A DNA stretch of 41,247 bases, taken from contig JAMCXF010000033.1 of NCBI GenBank assembly GCA_023475035.1, positions 2,868-44,114 of the forward strand, written 5' to 3'. The position numbers and the translations under genes were made by a program. Source of the DNA: Candidatus Pacearchaeota archaeon. Lineage in GTDB: Archaea; Nanobdellota; Nanobdellia; Pacearchaeales; GW2011-AR1. Within the stretch, counting starts at the first letter, position 1, and each line of letters opens with the position of its first letter. Below are positions 26,328 to 34,809 of this stretch, piece after piece. The notes beneath the pieces were generated by a model. It had not been told where the DNA came from, did no database searches, and saw nothing but the letters and a program-made list of their open reading frames with translations.

Positions 26328-28046
26328 ATGGCTTTTATTGTCAAGAAAAATATAAGCGGAAAAGATTATTATTATCTTAACGAAAACAAAAGAATCGACG
26401 GGAAAGTTAAAACAAAAAGTCTTGCTTATCTTGGAAAAACTAAAAAAGAAGCCGAAAAAAAAGCAAAGGAAATCATGAGAACAATGAACAAACCATCAGA
26501 AAATGAAAACAAGAAAGAGTCAAAAACTGAAACGAAAAAAGCTATTGCGCATACGCATCGTGAAATATCCATTGATGGCAAACAAGGTTCAATTAATAAA
26601 ATAACAATTGAAGAGATAGCAAATTTCTGCAAAAGCAAGGGATTTATTTTCCGAAGCTCTGACATTTACGGCGGGTTTGCAGGATTTTGGGATTTTGGTC
26701 CTCTTGGAGTTGAGTTAGTGAATAACCTAAAAAAAGAATGGTGGAAATTTTTTGTTCACGAAAAGGAAAATGTCGTCGGGATGGAAGCAAGCGTGATAAG
26801 TCATCCGCGAGCGTGGATTGCGAGCGGGCATGTTGCAAATTTCAGCGACGTCGCTGTTTATTGCCCAAGATGCAAATTATCAACAAAAATTGACAAGAGC
26901 GAAGTTGGAAAAGTAAAGTGTGAGAAATGCGCTGGTGATTATGAAGTCAAAGGAGAATTCAATTTAATGTTCAAGACAAAAGTCGGAGCAATTGATACTG
27001 TTGATGCTTATCTTCGAGGAGAAACTGCGCAGGGAATGTTTATGGATTTCAAACTAATCCAGCAAACATCAAGAATGCAACTGCCTTTTGGAATTGCACA
27101 AATCGGAAGATGTTTCAGAAATGAAATTGCACCAAGAGATTTTTTGTTCAGAAGCAGAGAATTTCACATTGGAGAATTTGAATTTTTCATAAATCCTGAA
27201 GAGAAAAAATGTGAATTGCTTGACGATAAACATCTTAGCACAGAATTTAATTTTCTTGATGAGGAAACACAAAAATCAGGAAAAGACACACTAAAAAAAA
27301 CAGCAATAAAAGATTTACTGAAAAAAGGAAAGCTTGACGAATGGCATGCTTACTGGCTTGCAGAACAAATTATTTGGTTTAAAAAATTAGGACTTAATGA
27401 AATAAAAATAAGGGAGCATACAAAAGAAGAATTAAGCCATTACAGTTCTGCAACTTTTGACATTGATTATGAGTATCCTTTTGGTTCAAAAGAAGTTGCA
27501 GGAAACGCGAACAGAGGGCAATACGATTTGACACAGCACCAGAAAGAAAGCAAGCAAAATATGGAAATCTTCGACGAGAAATACAAGAAAAAAGTAATTC
27601 CGAGAGTTATTGAACCCACTTTTGGAATTGAAAGAATTTTTCTTGCTATACTGACAAAAGCGTACACATATGACTCTGAAAGACAAAATATTGTTTTGAA
27701 AATTCCTGCATTTTTATCTCCGATAAAAGCAGCAATTTTTCCAATTGTAAAGCGAAATGATTTTGAAAAAATTTGTCTTGATGTTTTGAATGACTTGAAA
27801 AAAAATTTTCATGTTGTTTATGATGAATCGGGGAGTATTGGGAGAAGATATGCAAGAAATGATGAAATAGGAACGCCTTACTGCATAACTGTCGACGATA
27901 AATCCCTGACAAATAAAGATGTTACAATCAGGGACAGGGACACAAAAAAACAAATCCGAGTGAAAATCTCTGAGCTAAAAAAGATTATGGATGAATTAAT
28001 CAACGGAGAAATTGAATTTGAAAGTGCTGGGAAGTCAATAAATTAA
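26328..28046 (+). CDS. glyS: Glycyl-tRNA synthetase (archaeal/eukaryal dimeric type) with a ~90-aa N-terminal extension.
   Basis: RSSDIYGGFAGFWDFGPLGVEL, GETAQGMF, FRNEIAPR and GIERIFL class II motifs, plus a C-terminal anticodon-binding domain. Confidence 0.85.
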   Translation: MAFIVKKNISGKDYYYLNENKRIDGKVKTKSLAYLGKTKKEAEKKAKEIMRTMNKPSENENKKESKTETKKAIAHTHREISIDGKQGSINKITIEEIANFCKSKGFIFRSSDIYGGFAGFWDFGPLGVELVNNLKKEWWKFFVHEKENVVGMEASVISHPRAWIASGHVANFSDVAVYCPRCKLSTKIDKSEVGKVKCEKCAGDYEVKGEFNLMFKTKVGAIDTVDAYLRGETAQGMFMDFKLIQQTSRMQLPFGIAQIGRCFRNEIAPRDFLFRSREFHIGEFEFFINPEEKKCELLDDKHLSTEFNFLDEETQKSGKDTLKKTAIKDLLKKGKLDEWHAYWLAEQIIWFKKLGLNEIKIREHTKEELSHYSSATFDIDYEYPFGSKEVAGNANRGQYDLTQHQKESKQNMEIFDEKYKKKVIPRVIEPTFGIERIFLAILTKAYTYDSERQNIVLKIPAFLSPIKAAIFPIVKRNDFEKICLDVLNDLKKNFHVVYDESGSIGRRYARNDEIGTPYCITVDDKSLTNKDVTIRDRDTKKQIRVKISELKKIMDELINGEIEFESAGKSIN

Positions 28047-28156
28047 AAATAAAAACATTTTTTCCGACGATAAATCACCAACGATTTTTTTAATTTTTAA
28101 GCAAAAATTTATAAACAAGAAAATCTTAATATGAATAATTAAAATAGAGGTGACAA

Positions 28157-28330
28157 ATGGTAACAAGAGCAAGAACAACTGCTAAGCAGAAGACTGCGGC
28201 TAGAAAAAATTTGGTGAAAGCCAGAAAAAAGTGGAAAGGAATGACCCACAAAGCTAGAAAAGCAGCTATGCCGAACAAGAAAAGAAGAACAACCAAGAAG
28301 AAGACAACAACCAAAAAAAGAAAAAGATAA
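28157..28330 (+). CDS. Small, very basic protein (57 aa). Not in the ORF track because it is under 60 aa.
   Basis: ATG 28157 is preceded by GAGGTGA (28147-28153), with TATA-like aaatttataaac at 28105-28116. Sequence: MVTRARTTAKQKTAARKNLVKARKKWKGMTHKARKAAMPNKKRRTTKKKTTTKKRKR. Confidence 0.45.
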   Translation: MVTRARTTAKQKTAARKNLVKARKKWKGMTHKARKAAMPNKKRRTTKKKTTTKKRKR

Positions 28331-28410
28331 TTTTATCTTCGGTAATGTCATCTTCTATTTACTTTTTATTTTTTAATTAATTTTTTAAACTATTTCTCAT
28401 TATTTTTATT

Positions 28411-28637
28411 ATGCCTGAAAAAGACTGTATTTTTTGCAAAATGTCCGCGGAGGAAATTCCTGTAAAAAGATTTATGAGAATGAAAATTTTTTTTCAATTC
28501 CTGACATCAATCAAGAAATAAAAGGACATGCTTTAGTTATTTCGAAAAAACATTTGGCAACTATTCTTGAATTACCGAACAGCATTGTAAAACACTTTCA
28601 TATACATATTTTACCTAGAAAAAAGATGATGAGATAA
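28411..28637 (+). pseudogene. Degraded HIT-family (histidine triad) gene, with a frameshift and an internal deletion.
   Basis: MPEKDCIFCKMSAEEIPVKR is in one frame. IYENENFFSIPDINQEIKGHALVISKKH...HFHIHILPR is in another. About 40 residues normally lying between the substrate loop and HxHxH are missing. Confidence 0.6.
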
Positions 28638-28752
28638 ATATCCTTTAATGACTCTGGGCTAAAATTTAGGAAAAATTTTGCCTGCATCGCCATACTTCGT
28701 ATGGCTCTGTGTCCTCTCTTCGTTGCGGGCGAGCATTTTCTCATTCTTCGAA

Positions 28753-28888
28753 AATGGCTCTGGAGAGTGCTGACCTCTTACTCGAGCCCCCACTCGTTGC
28801 AATTAAAATTTATCTCGCACTCGTGAAAACTCTCTACCCAACTCCCCACTCGTAGCTATAAAAATTACTGGCACTCGTGAAAACTCTC
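28753..28888 (-). repeat. Exact 25-nt duplicate of the tRNA-Met 3' end (28753-28777) plus two tandem copies of the trailer module (28781-28834 and 28842-28888).
   Basis: aatggctctggagagtgctgacctc is identical to 28918-28942. The modules share cccactcgt...gcactcgtgaaaactctc with 7861-7916. Confidence 0.75.
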
Positions 28889-28919
28889 GCGACCTCTGCC
28901 TACGGCCTCGATCGCGGAA

Positions 28920-28991
28920 TGGCTCTGGAGAGTGCTGACCTCCCGACCTCGGCCTTATGAGAGCCGCGCTCTACCGCTGAGCTACAGAGCC
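28920..28991 (-). tRNA. tRNA with CAU anticodon (elongator Met or Ile2), 72 nt, with an atypical T loop.
   Basis: GGCTCTG/CAGAGCC acceptor and anticodon loop CTCATAA. The T arm GGGAG-GTCAGCA-CTCTC has G at positions 54 and 58 instead of T54/A58. G1:C72 argues against an initiator. Confidence 0.75.
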
Positions 28992-29038
28992 TGTTTATAA
29001 TGCAAAGAAAAAGATATTTTAAAAGTCTTCTTATAGAA

Positions 29039-29218
29039 CTAAATTTTCATTTTTTCGATTCGAGTGAACAATCCTGCTGCCTGATTTCTCAGCTTCTTAC
29101 TCGGCATAATCCCCTTCAAAATTTCTTTATTTTTATTAAAATCCTTATTAAATTTGACTCCTTCTCCAGTTACTTTCTTCGTAAATCTTCTTACTAATCT
29201 TGATTTTATCTTACCCAT
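29039..29218 (-). CDS. rps17e: 30S ribosomal protein S17e (59 aa). Not in the ORF track.
   Basis: Minus-strand translation: MGKIKSRLVRRFTKKVTGEGVKFNKDFNKNKEILKGIMPSKKLRNQAAGLFTRIEKMKI. It carries the eS17 pattern MG...DF..NK....PSKKLRN.IAG. Confidence 0.8.
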   Translation of the reverse strand: MGKIKSRLVRRFTKKVTGEGVKFNKDFNKNKEILKGIMPSKKLRNQAAGLFTRIEKMKI

Positions 29219-29265
29219 ATTATTTTTCTTGTTTTTTGCTATTTAAAGGTTTCTCTGCTATTTTG

Positions 29266-30297
29266 TCACTCAATCCTGTCAATTTCAGAAAGATTTCTAA
29301 CGGCTTCAATCAAGTCACTTAATTTCTTTGGCGTCTCAGCCATAAAAAGAATGCTGTATTTCAGATTTTCTTCTAAAGCTTTTTTATGTGATTTTAAAAT
29401 TTCTTTTTCTGTAATCTTTTTTTGATTGAACACAAAAAGCAATTCTTCTTTCCTGTCTTTTTTTATTTTCAAAACTGCTTCATTGTTTCTGAAATCTTTT
29501 ATATCCAAAATTTCAATATTCTTCTTTTCCAAAAATTCTTTTATTTTATTAAAAAAGTTTTCATCTTTTTTGTTATTGTTCTGTTTTTTCTTTTTTGGTT
29601 TTGGTTTTTCTTTTTTTGAAACTTGTTCTGACTCTTCGTGAACAGAAACAGATTCATCTTGTTTTTTTGGAACATCAAAAATATTTTCTATCTTTTTTTC
29701 TTCTATGATTACAACTTCTTTTCTTTCTGAAATTTGCTCAACAGGTATTTCTGTTTCCTGTTTAATTTCAACAATCTCCATTTTTTCTTCAATCTTTGGT
29801 TTTTGTTCCTCAAAAGACACCTTATCGGTTTCTTTTGTAAGCTTCCCTTTAAAATACTGCTCACGGCTGTTCTCTTTTGGATTAAAATCTTCTTCTGGAA
29901 TGGTAAAATATCTCCAGTAAATATCTTCATCTTTTCTGAAAGGAATTGCAAAATCTTTTATTTCTCTTAGTGCAACTCTTATTGCGGGCTGAAGTTCAGA
30001 ATCTTTCAAAAATTTTTTTTCTTTCAAAAAAAGAAATGCCTCTTTCTCTTTGCTTTTGAGATACTTTGAAAAATTTTCAAGCTGGGGCTCTTGTCCTGGA
30101 ATAAAATAAAGCGGAGAACTGCCGACTTTCAGATTGCTTATGCCTATCATTTTTTCGCTATATAAATCAGATAGAAATGCCGATGCAAAAAGAATGCTCA
30201 ATCCTGTTTCTTTTGATATATGAACAGGTAAACTAGGGCCTCTTAACCTGATAAAATGCATTATCTTCTCTTTTACTTGGAGCGCGTCCTGAACCAT
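29266..30297 (-). CDS. Hypothetical protein with a winged-helix-like N-terminal domain, a Lys/Glu-rich linker and a conserved C-terminal domain.
   Basis: ORF track. ATG 30297 is preferred over TTG 30312 because of the TATA at 30320-30329. The N-terminal IRLRGPSLPVHISKETGLSILFASAFLSDL...SPLYFIPGQ looks like a wHTH. No firm family assignment. Confidence 0.5.
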   Translation of the reverse strand: MVQDALQVKEKIMHFIRLRGPSLPVHISKETGLSILFASAFLSDLYSEKMIGISNLKVGSSPLYFIPGQEPQLENFSKYLKSKEKEAFLFLKEKKFLKDSELQPAIRVALREIKDFAIPFRKDEDIYWRYFTIPEEDFNPKENSREQYFKGKLTKETDKVSFEEQKPKIEEKMEIVEIKQETEIPVEQISERKEVVIIEEKKIENIFDVPKKQDESVSVHEESEQVSKKEKPKPKKKKQNNNKKDENFFNKIKEFLEKKNIEILDIKDFRNNEAVLKIKKDRKEELLFVFNQKKITEKEILKSHKKALEENLKYSILFMAETPKKLSDLIEAVRNLSEIDRIE

Positions 30298-30345
30298 TAT
30301 TAAAGAGGACAAAAGAAAGTTATAAAGATTTTTATGCTAGAAACA

Positions 30346-30864
30346 TCAAGGTTTAATCCAGCTTACTTCGTAATAACTGATGTCTCCTTCTTCATCGGCA
30401 ATTGCAAGAAGCAAGTTCTTTTTTGTGCTGTGAGCGACACGGTTTTTGGCTGAGAATTCGTGCCAAGTAAATCTTTTTGATTCGTGTTCAGCGAAGACAA
30501 TCCATTTTGCATGAGCTACTCCTGGTCTTGCTCCTTTTGTATAAACCCTGAAATCTGCCCCGAATTTTAATGCTGTTTTAACAACATATCCTCTTTCTCT
30601 TAAATCCTTGAACACAAGATATTTTATCTGGATTTTTTTGTCAATCTTCCTGCATTTTTCCATAAATTCTCTTTTTGATATCTTTTTGTTTTTTGAGAAA
30701 ATTTCTATTTTCCCTTTTTCAAGCAGGAATAATGCTTCGACTAAGGAATATTGGATTTTGTCATCTTTCGGCTCTCCGAAATGACTTTTTTCATAAAGAG
30801 AGAATGCGTCTGAATCTGCACTTGAAATTATCTCTCCAATTACATATGCATTTATCTTTTCCAT
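30346..30864 (-). CDS. endA: tRNA-splicing endonuclease.
   Basis: YLVFKDLRERGYVVKTALKFGADFRVY...HAKWIV...RVAHSTKKNLLLAI...YYEVSWIKP carries the catalytic Y/H/K pattern. ATG 30864 preferred. Confidence 0.85.
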   Translation of the reverse strand: MEKINAYVIGEIISSADSDAFSLYEKSHFGEPKDDKIQYSLVEALFLLEKGKIEIFSKNKKISKREFMEKCRKIDKKIQIKYLVFKDLRERGYVVKTALKFGADFRVYTKGARPGVAHAKWIVFAEHESKRFTWHEFSAKNRVAHSTKKNLLLAIADEEGDISYYEVSWIKP

Positions 30865-31054
30865 TGTTGAAATACGGCAAAGCAATATTTAAAAATATGC
30901 TTTGCATAAAAATTTTATGACTGATAAACCTAGCCAGATACTGAATTTAGTTTTACCAGTTGCAGTTCTCTTAGTCTTACTATAATTCTCAAGTTTTTTA
31001 CTTGAGACAGAATTTATGATATCAGAGAACTCTCTAAATAAATGAAACAAAAAT

Positions 31055-31297
31055 ATGGAAAAACAAAGAAGAAAAATTGTTTACAACTGTGTCTTCGGAA
31101 AGTATGAAGTTCTAAAACCCAAAAATGGAAACGGGTGGTATGCTGAAGGAGAGAAAAAGACACTTCACGGACTTGATGAACTTTTGAAACAGGATGAATT
31201 CAATTTTGAAATGTCTGAAGAAATCTCCGAAACTATTGAGACATACAGAACAGAACGCGAAAGAAGAACAAAATATTTCACATCCAAAATAATTTAA
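31055..31297 (+). CDS. Hypothetical protein (80 aa).
   Basis: ORF track only. Confidence 0.35.
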   Translation: MEKQRRKIVYNCVFGKYEVLKPKNGNGWYAEGEKKTLHGLDELLKQDEFNFEMSEEISETIETYRTERERRTKYFTSKII

Positions 31298-31319
31298 ACA
31301 ATTAAAACAATCAAATACA

Positions 31320-33782
31320 ATGGAAATAGATTTTTCTAAAATAGAAAAGAAATGGCAGAAGAAATGGGAAGACGGGAAAATCTTTGAAGTTAAAGAAAAT
31401 CCAAAAAAGAAAAAGTTTTATGTTCTTGAAATGTACCCTTATCCTTCAGGAAGCGGTTTGCATATTGGACACGCCTTCAATTATACTATTGGGGACATTA
31501 TTGCCAGAATGAAAATCATGCAGGGATTTAATGTTCTTCACCCTATGGGTTTTGATTCTTTCGGGTTGCCTGCTGAAAATGCTGCAATCAAAGCAAAGTC
31601 ACATCCTAAAATTTTTACAGAAGAAGCAATTGCAAATTATATAACTCAACAAAAAGCGTTGGGAATAACTTATGACTGGAGAAGGATGGTTGAAACCCAT
31701 AAACCAGATTATTACAAATGGGACCAGTGGATTTTTTTGAAGATGTTCGAGAAAGGGCTTGCTTACAAGAAAAAGTCTTCTGTTAATTGGTGCAGAATGT
31801 GCGGAACTGTCCTTGCAAATGAACAAGTTAAAAATGGAGCCTGCTGGAGACACGAAGATATAAATGTAGAAATAAAACAATTGGAGCAATGGTTTTTTAA
31901 AATAACAGACTATGCCGATGAGCTTTATGAAAAAATTGATACTCTTGAAAACTGGCCCGACAGAATAAAAGCAATGCAAAAAAACTGGATTGGAAAATCT
32001 CACGGGACAGAAATTCAGTTTGAAATAAATGGAGAGAAATGGCCGATTTTCACGACTAGGCCGGATACTATTTTTGGAGTTACATTCATGGTAATTTCTG
32101 CACAGCATCCGAGATTGATGGAACTTGTTACAAACGAGCAAAAAAAAGAAGTTGAGAAATTTTTGAAGAAACTTAAATCAACATCTGAAAAAGAATTAGC
32201 TGATTTGGAGAAGGCAGGAGTTTTCACAGGAAGTTATGCAATCAATCCTATTACAAAAGAAAAAGTTCCTGTCTGGGCAGGCAATTTTGTCGTCGCTGAT
32301 TATGGAGCAGGAATGGTAATGGCTGTGCCTGCACATGACCAAAGAGATTTTGAGTTTGCTGAAAAATATGAAATCCCTGTGAAAATTGTCATACAGCCTG
32401 AAGAGCATTTATCTCCTGAAAGAATGACAGAGGCTTATACAGGCAGCGGAAAGTTAGTTAATTCTGAAGGATTTGACGGATTGCATAATGAAGAAGCAAA
32501 AGAACATATTGCAATTTATCTTAAAGAAAAAAAGTTAGGGAAGAAGGTTATTAATTACAAATTAAGAGACTGGCTTATTTCAAGACAGAGATTTTGGGGA
32601 ACGCCTATTCCAATAATTTATTGTGACAAGTGCGGGATTGTTCCTGTTCCTGAAAAAGATCTGCCTGTAAAACTTCCTGATAACATAAAATTCAAAAGCG
32701 AAAAAAATCCTCTTATTGACAATAAGGAATTTGTTAATGTCAAATGCCCAAAATGTAAGGGCAATGCAAAAAGAGAAACAGATACAATGGATACTTTTGT
32801 AAATTCTTCGTGGTATTTTTTTAGATATTGCGATGCTAAGAACTCAAAAGAGATATTTGAAAAGAAAAAAACAAAATACTGGATGCCTATTGATTTATAC
32901 ATTGGAGGAGCAGAACATGCCTGCATGCATCTTATCTATTTCAGATTTTACACAAAATTTTTGAGAGATTTAGGATTAACTGATTTGGATGAACCGACGC
33001 AAAATTTGTTTAATCAGGGAATGATTCACGGCGAAGACGGATTTGTGATGTCAAAATCAAGGGGAAATGTAATTGACCCTTTAGATGTTTCAAAGAAATA
33101 CAGTGCCGACACTCTAAGAATGTTTTTGGTTTCAGTCTCTTCTCCTGACAGAGATTCTTCCTGGAGCTCGACAGGAATTGAGAGCATGCATAAGTTTGTA
33201 AATAAATTTATCAATTTTGTCTTGGAGATTAAAAAAGGAAAATCTTCTGAAAAAGCTGAAAGCAAAATTAACAAGGCAATCAAAGAAATTACAAATGATA
33301 TTGAAGGAATGCAATACAATCTTGCAATAATAAAAATAAGGCAGTTGACTGATTCACTATCTGAAGAAAAAGAAATCTCAAAAAAAGATACTGAAAAAAT
33401 TATAAAAATTATTACTCCTTTTTGCCCACATATTGCTGAAGAACTTTGGGAAAAGCTCGGAAATAAATCATTTATCTCTCTTGAAAAATGGCCTGTTGCT
33501 GACGAGAAAAAAATAAATGAAAAACTTGAAGAGCAGGAAAAAGCAGTTGAAAGCCTTATTGGCGACATTAACAATGTTCTGAAAATCGTCGGTGAGAAAA
33601 ATAAGGTTTCTATCTATGTAATTCCCAAAGAAAAAGAAATTTATGAAGATGCAACAGAGACAATCAGAAAGAAAACAAATCTTGATGTCAGCATTTATTC
33701 TGTAAATGACAAGGACAAATATGATCCTGAAAATAAATCCAAAAAAGCTAAATTAGGAAAACCTGCAATTTATCTAGAATAG
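31320..33782 (+). CDS. leuS: Leucyl-tRNA synthetase, bacterial type (820 aa).
   Basis: YPSGSGLHIGH (HIGH), NVLHPMGFDSFGLPAENAAIK, VNWC..C.TVLANEQV, QWFFKITDYADEL, MQKNWIGKS and VMSKSRGN (KMSKS) align with the bacterial LeuRS pattern. Confidence 0.85.
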   Translation: MEIDFSKIEKKWQKKWEDGKIFEVKENPKKKKFYVLEMYPYPSGSGLHIGHAFNYTIGDIIARMKIMQGFNVLHPMGFDSFGLPAENAAIKAKSHPKIFTEEAIANYITQQKALGITYDWRRMVETHKPDYYKWDQWIFLKMFEKGLAYKKKSSVNWCRMCGTVLANEQVKNGACWRHEDINVEIKQLEQWFFKITDYADELYEKIDTLENWPDRIKAMQKNWIGKSHGTEIQFEINGEKWPIFTTRPDTIFGVTFMVISAQHPRLMELVTNEQKKEVEKFLKKLKSTSEKELADLEKAGVFTGSYAINPITKEKVPVWAGNFVVADYGAGMVMAVPAHDQRDFEFAEKYEIPVKIVIQPEEHLSPERMTEAYTGSGKLVNSEGFDGLHNEEAKEHIAIYLKEKKLGKKVINYKLRDWLISRQRFWGTPIPIIYCDKCGIVPVPEKDLPVKLPDNIKFKSEKNPLIDNKEFVNVKCPKCKGNAKRETDTMDTFVNSSWYFFRYCDAKNSKEIFEKKKTKYWMPIDLYIGGAEHACMHLIYFRFYTKFLRDLGLTDLDEPTQNLFNQGMIHGEDGFVMSKSRGNVIDPLDVSKKYSADTLRMFLVSVSSPDRDSSWSSTGIESMHKFVNKFINFVLEIKKGKSSEKAESKINKAIKEITNDIEGMQYNLAIIKIRQLTDSLSEEKEISKKDTEKIIKIITPFCPHIAEELWEKLGNKSFISLEKWPVADEKKINEKLEEQEKAVESLIGDINNVLKIVGEKNKVSIYVIPKEKEIYEDATETIRKKTNLDVSIYSVNDKDKYDPENKSKKAKLGKPAIYLE

Positions 33783-33783
33783 C

Positions 33784-34809
33784 ATGAAAATCAAGAGGTG
33801 GTTTTTTGTCGGAATAATTTTTCTTGTTTTAACCGTTTCAATTATTTATTTTTTATTTCTGAAAAATGAGCCTATATGCAATGACGGAACTTCTTACAAT
33901 GAATGCTCTGAGATAAAACCTTATTTTTGTTCTGCAGGAATTTTAATTGAAAATGCTTCTTTTTGCGGATGCAGTAATTTGTCAAGAATAAACAACAATA
34001 AATGCATTGCAGAATATCAGAATGAACCAAAAACAATAAAATTAAATTATGTACTGAACGGAAAAAAAGGAGAAATAAACTTTACTGTCTATAAAAATCT
34101 CAGCGATTATCTTTCTGAAATTCCGAGATACATTGAAACTGTCGACGGAAAAGAAGCAACTCTTTTTGATTTTAAACTGAAAAGTCTTGATGAAACATAT
34201 CAGAGGGAATCGCTGCTGCCTCTTGTCATTGCAATAGAAAATTCGGCAAAGACCAGGGATGACCAGGCAAGAATTGCAATAAGCATTGTCCAAAACATTC
34301 CTTTTGGGGGCACAAATAAAACATTAAGAATCGGGAGCATAGACATTGAATATTACAGATATCCGTATGAAGTTCTTTATGATTCAATGGGAGTATGCGG
34401 GGAAAAATCCGAACTGCTTTCTTTTTTGTTAAGAGAATTAGGATATGAAAATGCCTTTTTTTATTATGCTGCAGAAAATCACGAGGCAATGGGAATAAAA
34501 TGTCCTGTCGAAAAAAGTTTGGGCAGTTCGGGATATTGCTTCATAGAAACAACAGGGCCTTCAATAATCACGGATTACAAAACAGAATATGTCTCTTTCG
34601 GGCAACTTTCATCTACCCCACAAATAATTCGGATTAACGGAGATTTAACTTTTGGAGAAAATAATTTTTATGAATACAGCGATGCAAAAACTTTGAACAA
34701 AATAAGAGACAGCTCAAAAAATTACGGAACAATTAATTATATTCAGCATCTGCAATTTAATGGCTTGGTAGAGAAATACGGACTTCAAACTTTTGAAGAG
34801 AAATTTTAA
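33784..34809 (+). CDS. Membrane-anchored transglutaminase-like cysteine protease family protein.
   Basis: N-terminal TM helix WFFVGIIFLVLTVSIIYFLFL. GVCGEKSELLSFLLRELGYEN...ENHEAMGI resembles a transglutaminase core (Cys...His). Confidence 0.45.
   Translation: MKIKRWFFVGIIFLVLTVSIIYFLFLKNEPICNDGTSYNECSEIKPYFCSAGILIENASFCGCSNLSRINNNKCIAEYQNEPKTIKLNYVLNGKKGEINFTVYKNLSDYLSEIPRYIETVDGKEATLFDFKLKSLDETYQRESLLPLVIAIENSAKTRDDQARIAISIVQNIPFGGTNKTLRIGSIDIEYYRYPYEVLYDSMGVCGEKSELLSFLLRELGYENAFFYYAAENHEAMGIKCPVEKSLGSSGYCFIETTGPSIITDYKTEYVSFGQLSSTPQIIRINGDLTFGENNFYEYSDAKTLNKIRDSSKNYGTINYIQHLQFNGLVEKYGLQTFEEKF

Noticed and set aside
28126-28351. Minus-strand ORFs 28126-28314 and 28139-28351.
   Set aside because: They are antisense shadows of the SD-preceded 57-aa basic ORF. 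Their hydrophobic poly-F/L translations derive from the A/G-rich coding strand.
31599-33574. Minus-strand ORFs 31599-32141, 32015-32227, 32196-32408, 32618-32926 and 33026-33574.
   Set aside because: They are antisense to leuS, whose identity is unambiguous.
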